Of a DNA stretch of 64,000 nucleotides, positions 1 through 11,790 are shown in pieces. Under the pieces are notes generated by a model. It ran no database searches, was not told the origin of the DNA, and saw only the letters and a list, made by a program, of their open reading frames with translations. Each line of letters begins with the position of its first letter. Positions within the stretch are counted from its first letter, which is position 1. Source of the DNA: Eledone cirrhosa (lineage: Eukaryota); the NCBI GenBank assembly GCA_964016885.1, contig OZ024743.1, positions 269,762,001 through 269,826,000 of the forward strand, in the 5' to 3' direction. A program made the position numbers and the translations under genes.

Positions 1-640
1 TCTATGCTGCAGAGCATGGCGTCCGACCCCCTACCGATACTGCCAATCCACCGCCCTGTGACATACTGTAATACTAGTTTCTGATTTCGGCAAAGACCAA
101 CAATCGATTAAAACGATCTCAGTACGTTACTGACTGTTTATTTCATCAACCACGTAAGGGATGACAGGCAAAGCTAACCTCGACGGGATTTGAACTACCG
201 ATACTGCCAACCCACCGTCATGCTGTAATAATTGTTTCTATTACCCAGTACATTACTGGTACTTTATTTTATCGACCCCGTAAGGACGAAAGGCAAAGTT
301 AACCTCGGTGGAATTTGAACTCAGGCCGTAAAGCTATTCTAGTATTCCATCACTACCACCACCCTGCCAATAAAAATACGTGGTCTTGTATCTATGAAGA
401 AAAATAGGGAGCTGGATTGTCATACTGTAATAATGGTTTCTTATATAGGCACAAGACCATCAATTTTGGTGGGGGGTAAAGTCAATTAAACCGACCCCAG
501 TGCGTGACTGGTACTTTATTTTATCGACCCCGTAAGGATGAAAGGCAAAGTTAACTTCGGCTTGATTTGAATTCAGATCATAAAGGGCCGTAACTCTATG
601 CTGCAAAGCATGTTGTCCGACGCTCTACCGATACTGCCGA
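1..640 (-). mobile_element. Cluster of about four partial or rearranged copies of a tRNA-derived SINE
   Basis: Repeated reverse-complement blocks of the SINE seen intact at 2069-2252 (ctaccgatactgcca; ggtactttattttatcgaccccgtaaggatgaaaggcaaagttaac; tttgaactcag B-box-like). Confidence 0.8.
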
Positions 641-1151
641 GACGCAGATACGACGACTGCTTTATCGAACCCTGCATCATTAGACAAAGAAATACTCTGT
701 GAACCCCTACGTATACAATAGCATAAATAAATTAACCCTGGTGCCCTCAACACGCTGGGACCACAATAACATGTGCAACGTATACATAACTTAACAAGTG
801 ACTAATTCCAATTGGTTTTGCACTCAAAATATACAGGTGTATAGTAAAACATCGCGAGGGGTTATTGTGTGACACTAAAGTGTGTGTTAAATAATTGAAT
901 AATTCCATTACAAGAACCTTTATACAAAACAAAAATTTCAAGTAATTTACATTTTAACAGAGTTTGGCAAACCCAGACACATGGATTTCATAGAGAATAC
1001 GGAAATTGCGTTCAGGAATTAAAAAAACAGACAAATACACAAATGGAATGTGATAGAAAACTATATCGTTCTTTAATACGATATTTTTCTTCGTAAAAAT
1101 TCCATTTCAGGATTGCCATGACTTTCTATAAGATGTCATGAAGAGAGAGTA

Positions 1152-1152
<1 letters not shown>

Positions 1153-1200
<48 letters not shown>

Positions 1201-1235
1201 CACATATATACACACATACACCCACACATACATAC

Positions 1236-1298
<63 letters not shown>

Positions 1299-1522
1299 GG
1301 TGTATGTGTGTATATATGTGTATATATATATATATATATACACACATACACCCACCCATACTATACAGAAAAACGCACGCTCGCACTCATATACATATAT
1401 GTGTATAATATACATATATCTTTTCTTATTTCTTTATTATTATTATTATTTATAGTTTCGGAAATAAATTACTTGGGACGTATATATATATACACACACA
1501 CACACATATATACACACTCTCA

Positions 1523-1566
<44 letters not shown>

Positions 1567-1570
1567 CATG
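1153..1570. repeat. Compound (CA)n/(TA)n microsatellites, representative of dozens of such tracts across 1-50.5 kb
   Basis: Direct inspection; these tracts generate most of the YIYI/HTHT/CVCV ORFs in the track. Confidence 0.95.
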
Positions 1571-1642
1571 TACGCATACCTACCTACATACATGCATCAA
1601 ATATCATTTGGAGACATTCATTTCACGGACGGAAAGACTCAC

Positions 1643-1730
1643 GTATTCCTTTGGGTTCACATGTGGGACACGTATGGAATCTGTTTTCCAGATGCAGCAG
1701 GGTTTGATTGGTTCACTCATTGAAACATTT
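1643..1730 (-). CDS. Candidate host exon, unknown product (NVSMSEPIKPCCIWKTDSIRVPHVNPKEY)
   Basis: Unique sequence bounded on the minus strand by aatttcAG and GTGAGT; only one of three frames is open; no homology recognised. Confidence 0.3.
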
Positions 1731-2068
1731 CTGAAATTTATACTACGTGTTGATTGTGTCAAAGCAGGGGTGGTGCTACCATTAGGTCAATTAGGAAGGC
1801 ATCTAAAACTGCAGTTTCATACACATTTATATGATTTATTATAATTAAATTTATAACAATTTCCTGAGATTTTCAGTGTGAAAATATTCAAAGAGTTTCG
1901 AGGGCCGTATGGCGGAGATATATAGTATCGTAGTTTCGAAACCTGACAATAGCGATGTGAAATGGCTTATTTCAGCAACATTTCGACATATTAATATATA
2001 GAGAATAAAAATGCAGTATTTGGAAACAGCCAGAGTTCTTAAATTTCTCCATTATATTAGTTTAAGGT

Positions 2069-2252
2069 AGTGGATTGGCAGTATCGGTAGAGGGTCGGAC
2101 GCCATACTTTGTAGTATAGAGTTACAGCCCTTTACGTTCTGAGTTCTAATCCCGCCGAGGTTAACTTTATCTTTCATCCATACCGGGTCGATAAAATAAA
2201 GTACCAATAATGCACTGGGATAATTGCTGGCCTTGTGCCAAAAGTAGAAAGA
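2069..2252 (+). mobile_element. tRNA-derived SINE, complete copy with 18-bp target-site duplication
   Basis: A-box-like tggcagtatcgg, B-box-like gagttctaatcc, conserved body; TSD attatattagtttaaggt at 2051-2068 and 2253-2270. Confidence 0.85.
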
Positions 2253-2377
2253 ATTATATTAGTTTAAGGTTTGGTTTGAAACAAAGGGGTGGAATTGTGT
2301 GGCAAGAACCGTTGCAAAACCCACCAACGCATGATGATGTTTAGATTGAAATATATATAAATAAATACACCCATATA

Positions 2378-2425
<48 letters not shown>

Positions 2426-2429
<4 letters not shown>

Positions 2430-2600
2430 AAAACGTTTAACCCTGACGGCAGAGCTCAAGCCGTTTCGTCCGCTATTTCGGTCCAGAAATAGCCGTCGAA
2501 ACGGCTTGAGCTCTGCCGTCGGGGTTAAACATTTTCCTATTACCCACTCTACTACCCTAAGTATTGAGTATGGTCCATCTGGTTCCTTACCACACCTCCT
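2426..2600 (+). mobile_element. Small fold-back element (about 55-bp arm hairpin plus unique tail) in (TA)n, probably Penelope pseudo-LTR derived
   Basis: taggaaaacgtttaaccctgacggcagagctcaagccgtttcg...cgaaacggcttgagctctgccgtcggggttaaacattttccta; a second family member lies at 20504-20695. Confidence 0.7.
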
Positions 2601-2603
2601 TCG

Positions 2604-3995
<1,392 letters not shown>

Positions 3996-4209
3996 GTAAT
4001 CTGAGTTTTTCGAATATCAATAATAATATTCGATTCGTTTGCAATTATGCAAACAGCCTCTTTGAAGCCATGTCAGTAGAATTAGCCCCTCATTCTTGCT
4101 CTTTTTATTAGTTTTTTTTTTAGTTGTTATTATTATTATTATTATTAGCGGCTTGATATTGATTTCAACAAACTCTCCAGTTAAATAACATGAATGACTG
4201 AGACTCAAA

Positions 4210-4265
<56 letters not shown>

Positions 4266-4286
4266 GTAATAATAATAATTAATAAT

Positions 4287-4600
4287 TAACCGATACCAGG
4301 ACCTAAAGTGGGAGGTGAAAAGGATTTGGAACTGCCATGAAGTCAAAGTGATCCCGATTGTCATAGGCGCACTGGGGACTATCTCCAAAAGTTTCCAGGG
4401 ATGGTTAAAGAAAATCGGCCCCTTCACGCTTTTTGGAACGCTTCAAAAGGCATGCTTGCTTGGAACAGCAAGAACCCTCCGATACGTCCTGAATATCTGA
4501 GGCTGCAGGTAGTGGCTTGATATTCAATCCAACGGACTTTCCAGTTAACCAACATCAATGACTGAGATTCAAGGAATAACAACAATAATAATAATTAATA
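4287..4600 (+). mobile_element. 3' end of an R4/Dong-like (restriction-like endonuclease) non-LTR retrotransposon with (TAA)n tail
   Basis: YQDLKWEVKRIWNCHEVKVIPIVIGALG...LQKACLLGTARTLR is the typical RLE-LINE C-terminus; flanked by (TAA)n; a shorter 3' UTR copy lies at 4145-4215. Confidence 0.85.
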
Positions 4601-4611
4601 ATAATAATAAC

Positions 4612-4712
4612 TGTCTCTACTTTTGGCACAAGGCCAGCAATTACCCAGTACATTAAAGTACCAGTAATGTACTGGGTACTTTTGCTGGCCTTGTGCCAAA
4701 AGTAGAAACAAT
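4612..4712. repeat. Inverted pair of SINE 3' ends forming a hairpin
   Basis: tctacttttggcacaaggccagcaa...ttgctggccttgtgccaaaagtaga. Confidence 0.8.
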
Positions 4713-4732
4713 TATTATTATTATTATTATTA

Positions 4733-4913
4733 TTCCTTGAGTCTCAGTCATTGATGTTATTTTACTGGAGAGTTTGTTGAAATGAATATCAAGCCGCTAC
4801 CTTCAGTCTCAGATATTCAGGACGTAGCGGAGGGTTCTTGCTGTTCCCAGCAAGCATGCCTTTTGAAGTGTTCCAAAAAGCCGGGCTGGACTAATCTTCT
4901 TCAACCATCCTTG
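4733..4913 (-). mobile_element. Second R4/Dong-like 3' fragment in the opposite orientation
   Basis: Reverse complement closely matches 4397-4580 (GWLKKI.P..LFGTLQKACLLGTARTLRYVLNI plus 3' UTR). Confidence 0.85.
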
Positions 4914-5442
4914 TTATTATTATCATTATTATTATTATTATTATTATTATTGGCGACCTACGTAGTAAATCGTATCATCGTGAGCTCCGCAAAGGTTTGT
5001 TATTTCCGTTTGTTAAAAATTGCCATTTATGGAAAATTTTTATTGTTAACTATATATAAGCGCACATACATTGTTTTCCGAAAAGGACACCCAAAAAGAT
5101 TGGGGCCTTGTGCCCAAAATTTAAACTTTTATGATTATCAAAAAATTTCTTTGAAAAAAAAATGGCCAATTCACCACTGCACCAAGCAGCTGAAAGCCTT
5201 TCTCACAAATTAACACCTCACACTGACACCACCATTGTAAATGTTACTACGTTTGCCAACACTAAAAAAAATATAAACAGTAGCAATATTTTAAATTTGT
5301 CTCAGGCAGACATTCATTTCCCGCCATTACCAATGACTGCAGGTGTTAAAGCCTCCACCACCACCACCCCACCCCCACCCCCACCACCACCGCGACAACA
5401 GAAACAAAATAAGAAAAAAATAAATTAACTCGTGATGTCGAA

Positions 5443-7182
5443 ATGAAATCAAGCAAAATGGACTCTTCCCCACGAAAGACGACTGATGTCACCACCACCA
5501 CAACTGAAACTAAAATTAATAATAACAAAAATAACGATAGCAACAACAACAACAACAATGACATTAAAAAAACCACCCTGAGTTTTGCCAGAGTAGCAAA
5601 ACAGTTCGAAGCATTTACGGTAACTCAGGAGGATTTAGAAAATGCCAAACAAATGGTAAAGAAAGATGGGTACAGGGTCAGCCTCACCCCCCCCCCTAAT
5701 AAAATGGAGCATCGGCGCCTATGCACCGTGTCGTATCGAACAATAAATGTAAAATCGCGCCGAGTGGAACGGGCATCCGAGTCCCAAATCCAAAAAGCTT
5801 TCGGACATGTGTGGGCAAGAAAAACCCACATCAGACGTGGGCAGAAGTATGGAACCGTGGACGTGTTCTTTGAAACACCAGAGGAGGCTAGAGAACACTC
5901 CATGGCCCCATTAAGAAGTGACGACTTCACACTCGTCCCAAGCTATTGTGGCCAGAGACTCGTAAAGATCAGGGTGACCCACGTTCCACCGACCATCGAA
6001 ATTCCCTGGCTAATAGCGGCCGTCCTCGCCGGCATCGAAGCCAACACAAAGATAATAGCAATAGCAAAAGAAAAGCAGGAGAACTGGTCCGGATCTGGGA
6101 GGGAGCTCCTGATCCAAGCGGACCAAAAAAGCATTGAGGAGATCCCAGAGGTAATAGACCTCACTGACAGCAGCCACCTCACCGTAATTGTCGAGGGCAG
6201 AAGGCCTAGGTGTGTCGTTTGTGGTGAAGGAACCCACCTAAGGGCTTTCTGCCCTCAGGCTAAAAGGTTGAGGCCACCTCTCCTACCCACCCCAGTGACA
6301 CAACCATCAACACCACCAGTAGCAGAGATGGCAGCAACAACTGTAGCAGCAACAACAGAAGCAACTATAACAGAAACAACCCCAGCAACAGTAGCAAAAT
6401 CAACAACACCACCACCAGCAAAACCAACACCACCACCACCCAACGCTTCAGAACTAGCACCAGCGCATACACCATCCACCACGCCACAACCAAAACTAAC
6501 GCCTGTGGAGGATTTTCCACTCCCCGGCCTATCACAACTGGAGATAGATTGTGACGACGAGGAGTGGGAAACGGTATCAGGAAAAAAAAAAAGAAACCAA
6601 AAAAGAAAAAATTCTCTTCCTTCCCCCTCCAAAAACAAAATACAGAGGGAAACAAATAAATTAACAAACAAAATACAGAGGGAAACAAATAAATTAACAA
6701 ACAAAAAAGTTAGGACATATATGCCACCATCCACACCAGCATCACCAACCCCATCAACCCAAACACCAACACCATCACCATCATTAACCCCAACACCACC
6801 ATCATCTACACCACAAAAGTCACCAAAATGCGAAACAGAAACAAACCCACAACAAACGCAAACAAAACAAAACAACCAAAACGATACACACTACACAGCA
6901 TTAAATTTGAACAACAAGCAATTATTACACTACATCCAACACAACACCAGCATCACAGAAAAAGACTACACAACAACCCAAAAATTCACACCACCTCCAC
7001 ACATACAAATCACTCGCATCACACAGAAAACGTACATGACACTAAAACAAAAATTCCCCAAAGACATCGGAGACTTCCGACAAGCACTCTCCAGGAGGAT
7101 TTATAAGGACATCCTTCCTGAGGAGGCCACAAGCAGTGAAAAGGATGGAAAAACCGTCCTCCCCCCACGAGAAGTAAGGTAA
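5443..7182 (+). CDS. LINE ORF1p (RRM-like region, CCHC zinc knuckle, long Pro/Thr-rich tail), intact 579 aa
   Basis: CVVCGEGTHLRAFCP is a CX2CX4HX4C knuckle; it lies immediately upstream of the APE/RT ORF; a homologous, decayed ORF lies at 42476-43720. Confidence 0.85.
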   Translation: MKSSKMDSSPRKTTDVTTTTTETKINNNKNNDSNNNNNNDIKKTTLSFARVAKQFEAFTVTQEDLENAKQMVKKDGYRVSLTPPPNKMEHRRLCTVSYRTINVKSRRVERASESQIQKAFGHVWARKTHIRRGQKYGTVDVFFETPEEAREHSMAPLRSDDFTLVPSYCGQRLVKIRVTHVPPTIEIPWLIAAVLAGIEANTKIIAIAKEKQENWSGSGRELLIQADQKSIEEIPEVIDLTDSSHLTVIVEGRRPRCVVCGEGTHLRAFCPQAKRLRPPLLPTPVTQPSTPPVAEMAATTVAATTEATITETTPATVAKSTTPPPAKPTPPPPNASELAPAHTPSTTPQPKLTPVEDFPLPGLSQLEIDCDDEEWETVSGKKKRNQKRKNSLPSPSKNKIQRETNKLTNKIQRETNKLTNKKVRTYMPPSTPASPTPSTQTPTPSPSLTPTPPSSTPQKSPKCETETNPQQTQTKQNNQNDTHYTALNLNNKQLLHYIQHNTSITEKDYTTTQKFTPPPHIQITRITQKTYMTLKQKFPKDIGDFRQALSRRIYKDILPEEATSSEKDGKTVLPPREVR

Positions 7183-7216
7183 GTGGTCTTTCCCATCTTT
7201 TCCACTCCTTTTCAAC

Positions 7217-9752
7217 ATGACCTCACTCAGAATAGGCAGCATAAATGCGCGTGGCTTGGGGTCGTCATGGAAGCAGGGCCACCTGCTCAACGACCTCAGG
7301 TCACTAAACATAGATGTAGTGGCCATCAGCGAGACCAGAATCTCCGAAGCACGGGCCTTCGCACCGATCTTCGGCGGCTACGATGTGTACGCATCTCCCA
7401 GCCGTCCTGGATCGAGGGGAGGAGTTGCTGTGCTTTTTCGGAGAGGTTTGGATCTCGCCATACAGGCCATCTTCCTGGACCCAGAGGGTAAGCTGGTGGT
7501 GCTGGACGTGACCAGCGGAAACGGGCAAGCTTTCAGGCTAGTGGCCGTCTATGCCCCGACAGGAGCAGGGCGGCCTGATTTCTTCCGGCGTCTGGAGACC
7601 TTTCTTGGAACGTCCCGCTCTTTAGTGTTAGTGGGCGACTGGAACGAGATCTTAGATGCACGCTGGGACTGTGTGGGATTAGTGGATAGGGGTGGAGGGT
7701 GCAAGAGCATCACCAACCTGCTCAGGCGTTTTGAACTGTCTGACAGGTACCGATTGGATTTCCCGAATGTGCCAATGTGGACTTGGACAAATCGCATAGG
7801 GTCATCCAGATCATATCTAGATAGAGTATTTTGTAGGGAAATAGATAGGTCTAGCATAGGCTGTCCACAATTCAAGATAGTCAGCTACACGGACCACAAA
7901 TTCGTGATCTGTGTGCTTGACTTAGATAGGCTTCATAGACGAGGACCCGGCTACTGGAAGCTAAACGCGTCCTTACCAGCGCGCAAGGCCTACAGAGACC
8001 GGATTAGCGAACTAGTTAAGCGGGCGTTGACGGGGGCCATCGTCAACAACAAGTGGTGGTTTGCTCTGAAAAGAGCGATTAGAATAGAATCCATTAGGTT
8101 TAGTAAGGCTTTAGCAATAGAGAAAAATAGAGCAGAGGGAGAACGAGTGAGAAAATTAGACGAGGCGCTTAGCAAAGGCATTGCGACCGACGTGCTTGCG
8201 GCGAAATTGGCCCTTGACCAATTCTTCAATGCAAAGCACGAAGGCTGCGTTGTCAGAGCAAGGGTGCGTGCTCTCAGACACGAGGGGACGAAAGCCGTTC
8301 AATGGGCCCGAGTGGCGGAGGCGCGTCGTGGCAACAAAGCCACGATCCGGTCTTTGGTGGACCACGACGGGCGCATGCTACTCGATCCCGGCCAAATGTG
8401 TGAAGCTTTTCAGCGACACTTCGCTCAGCTGTACGGGGGCAGCGGTGGGCCGGGTCGAGGGATGGACTTTAGTGTCTACATCGACGGACTGCCGCGGCTC
8501 TCGGCCACTGAGGCGGAGTGTTGCGAAAAGCTGATAACAGCCGCTGAAGTAAGGGAGGCAATGACTGGCTGCACAAGGGGTAAATCGCCTGGTTTGGATG
8601 GTCTGCCCTATGAACTTTACGTACAGATGCCAGACTTGTTCGGAGGCCTCTTGGCGGACGTCTACTGCAACTGGCAACAGAACGGGAGAATTCCCTGTTC
8701 TGTGAGCCGAGGAGCGGTGGCACTGCTGAGAAAGGATCCGAACAAGGGGGATAACAGATAATTTCCGGCCCATAACTCTGCTAAACACAGAGTACAAGAT
8801 TTTGGCCAAGGTGCTAGCAAAGAGGTTGGCGCTTGTCGTTGGTGGTCTGGTGGGAGAGGCGCAGACATGCGCCATTCCCGACAGATCCATCCACGACAAC
8901 CTCCACCTCATGCGATACATCGTAGAGAGGGTAGCTAGGGAACCTGGCACGGGTGGGTCCTTGATCAATTTAGATCAGTCGAAAGCTTTCGATAGGGTCG
9001 ACCATCGTTACCTAGCGGCAGTCCTGAGGGCGGCTGGCTTTGGGCCCGTCTTCAGAGGCTAGATCGCTGCCATGCACAGCGACATCTGCTCTGTGGTGAG
9101 AGTGAACGGTCACCTGTCGGAACCGTTCAACATCATGCGCTCGGTCCGCCAAGGATGTCCCCTCTCGTCCCTCTTGTACGTATTGACTCTCGAGCCATTA
9201 CTGCACAAACTGGAGACGTTGAGGGGGCATCCCGCGCGAACTAGGATGCGGAAGATCCGTGTCAGCATATGCCGACGATGTCACCGTAGTGGTGTCGAAC
9301 GCCAAACACATCGAGGCGATCGGCACTACACTAAGAGAATACGAAGCGGTGACAGGAGCAATGATCAACCAGGAAAAGTCAGTGGGCCTGCAGCTCGGCA
9401 CCTGGAGAGGCAGGTCCATGCCGTCCAACAGCGTCGCCGGACGCTGGACGGACGGACCGGTTAAATTGCTAGGGGTCTGGTTCGGTCCGGACCTCCAGAC
9501 GGACAAAAACTGTGACGAGGTGACGAGCAGGGTGGCTTCTCTCACCCAGAAATGGGCGGAGAGGAAGCTATCCCTGAAAGGTCGAGCGGAGGTGGCTAAC
9601 GCGTACATTGCGTCCGTCATCTGCTACCGCCTGACCGTCGTACCTTGTCCTAAGCCTCGCCTGACTGCGTTGGAGCGTTTTCTCTTTCGCTTTTTGTGGA
9701 AGGGACGCGCTCCGATGGTCAGGCGGTCCATCTGTTGTCAACACCCGCTACA
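7217..9752 (+). pseudogene. LINE ORF2p (APE endonuclease + reverse transcriptase) with frameshifts near 8755 and 9225 and a stop near 9060
   Basis: APE motifs SINARGL, SETR, VYAPT, LVGDWNE, YLDRVF, TDHK; RT motifs KSPGLDGLP, FRPITLLN, LDQSKAFDRVDH, VRQGCPLS, AYADD. Confidence 0.92.
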
Positions 9753-9851
9753 TTTGAAATGTTCCAAAAAGCCGGGCTGGACTTATCTTCTTTAACCATC
9801 CTTGTGCCGTAATGTTTTTCTTGATGTCAGCCCGTGTGGCCAATAAAGAAA

Positions 9852-9901
<50 letters not shown>

Positions 9902-9903
<2 letters not shown>

Positions 9904-10308
9904 GCATAGTTTTATACAATATGTATAAATATTTCGTATCTCCAAAGAAATATATTTCTTTGGAGATACGAAATATTTATACATATTGTATGAAACTATG
10001 CTTGAAGCGAAATCCTATTTCTTTTCTATTATAAGTTGAGCCAACTTTTGCAGCTTTATATGCAAATGAGATTAATCACCTCATTTACACAGTCGAGAAA
10101 AGTATATATTCTCAGCTGTCTTCTAGTCCAGCAGTCGCAAGCGGTGGGAGGGACCGTCCTGACGAAGGCCAGTTAAGCCTGAAATACATAGATGGTTGTC
10201 CCCCCTGCTTCTGCAAGGGGGTCATCAGAGGGCGTTAGCCCCCCCCCCCCGGTGTTTGCATAGCTACGGCTTCCTAAAACTGTATTTCTTTGGAGATACG
10301 AAATATTT

Positions 10309-10315
<7 letters not shown>
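9902..10315 (+). mobile_element. Small non-autonomous hammerhead-bearing element (retrozyme / Penelope pseudo-LTR type): 5' inverted copy, ~330-bp unit, terminal direct repeat
   Basis: Palindrome 9902-10002 centred near 9951; tatttctttggagatacgaaatatttatacata at about 9953 and again at about 10283; hammerhead at 10153-10196. Confidence 0.7.
10153..10196 (+). ncRNA. Minimal type I hammerhead ribozyme
   Basis: accgtc CTGACGA aggc-cagttaa-gcct GAAA tac ATA gatggt: intact core, 4-bp stem II, stem I ACCGUC/GAUGGU, very short stem III, AUA cleavage triplet. Confidence 0.8.
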
Positions 10316-10356
<41 letters not shown>

Positions 10357-10362
<6 letters not shown>

Positions 10363-10690
10363 AATAAAAATATAAATATCCAGAACGTAAACATACACTC
10401 AATCAACTACGCGCATATACTAAGCAGTATGTAAACTCACACAAACGTATTAGCGTCTACAAAGAAATATGGACAGGGACATAAATACATACACATACAT
10501 ATACACATGTATGTGTATGTATTTTTGTATATATCTGTGTATATGTATGTGTATGTATTTATGTCCCTATCCATATTTCTTTGTAGACGCTAATACTTTT
10601 GTGTGAGTTTACGTCTACATACTGCTTAGTATATGCGCGTAGTTGATTGAGTGTGTTTACGTTCTGGATATTTATATTTTTATTCTTTTA
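10357..10690. repeat. Long inverted repeat (about 150-bp arms, short spacer) in (TA)n
   Basis: 10357-10505 is the reverse complement of about 10535-10690 with few mismatches and one small indel. Confidence 0.85.
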
Positions 10691-10997
10691 TATATATATA
10701 TATATATATATATTCCCTATTTCCTTTTCGCCGATTTTTTTTCAGCCTCACTTTCATATTTCCTAAATTTTATTTTCAAATCCATATTTAATAAAAACAC
10801 CATGTTTTTTATTCATTCTGACGACTGAAGACAGATACAATATCTGTCTTCAAGAAACCACTGGTAAATGAAATAATTATCTTATGTTGTTTATTACATA
10901 ACTAATAAGCTCTGTAGCCTACATAGAGCACTCTTTTTTCCTGTACCTTTCCGACGGAAATACTTCATTTATATATATACATTGGTATATATGTGGA

Positions 10998-11035
<38 letters not shown>

Positions 11036-11184
11036 GTAGAGTGTTTCCTAATGGGTAGTTGGAGCTGTGATTGTGTCGCTCCGATCTGGTTAACTATGGT
11101 GCAGCAAATAAAGAGCACACGGCGCTATGTGTATTCTACCAATTTTGGATTGGTATCGTATGAATAGTGCAGAACAGACGTAAA

Positions 11185-11447
11185 TACATTAATAATATAC
11201 CATGAAGGCTAGATTTCCGGAGACTGGCCTTGGGATTAATAGCATCAAATGCCTTTCTGTCTCCCTATCGTTACATTCCGGTGCCTTGTATATGGATTAC
11301 ATATCAATTACCTAATGTGATATCCGAAGGCGGCATCTGATGGATTGCGTCATAGCATCATTACGTAGACATTTCAGCACAGAAATACGTACCATGTCTG
11401 TTGCGTAAATAAAGAAGTTATGAAATCTAGCCTTCATCTTATATTAT

Positions 11448-11452
<5 letters not shown>
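11185..11452. repeat. Short terminal inverted repeat element next to (TA)n
   Basis: aataatataccatgaaggctagatttc ... gaaatctagccttcatcttatattatt. Confidence 0.55.
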
Positions 11453-11535
<83 letters not shown>

Positions 11536-11790
11536 AAGCCGCATACGCCGATTATGCATTCTTGCATAATTTATGAAGACGGAGGGTGCAGTGCACATCA
11601 CTGTTGCATTAAGTGTGGCCGAAACTCGAGTCCGGGAACTATTATAGGCACCCGTTTTACGTGTGTTGTATTGAAGGGAATAACTATGTATATATTGTGG
11701 GAATGTATCTTACATTGCCCATTGAGTGCGCTGAGATACAACCGGTCGTGACGTTGATAGATATGCTGGGTCCGTCAACTCCTTATTATA

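Larger units (their letters stand above)
4953..9852 (+). mobile_element. L1/Tx1-clade LINE, near full length, ORF2 disrupted, distal ORF2 deleted
   Basis: 5' UTR, ORF1 with zinc knuckle, APE-RT ORF2, 3' end cccgtgtggccAATAAAgaaat; inserted in (TTA)n on both sides. Confidence 0.92.

Noticed and set aside
2069-2160. tRNA gene
   Set aside because: A/B-box-like motifs belong to a SINE head; there is no cloverleaf, and the body and TSDs continue.
6255-6875. 206-aa Val/Gly-rich minus-strand ORF, and similar antisense ORFs over the LINEs
   Set aside because: Antisense shadows of low-complexity ORF1 or of ORF2 coding sequence.
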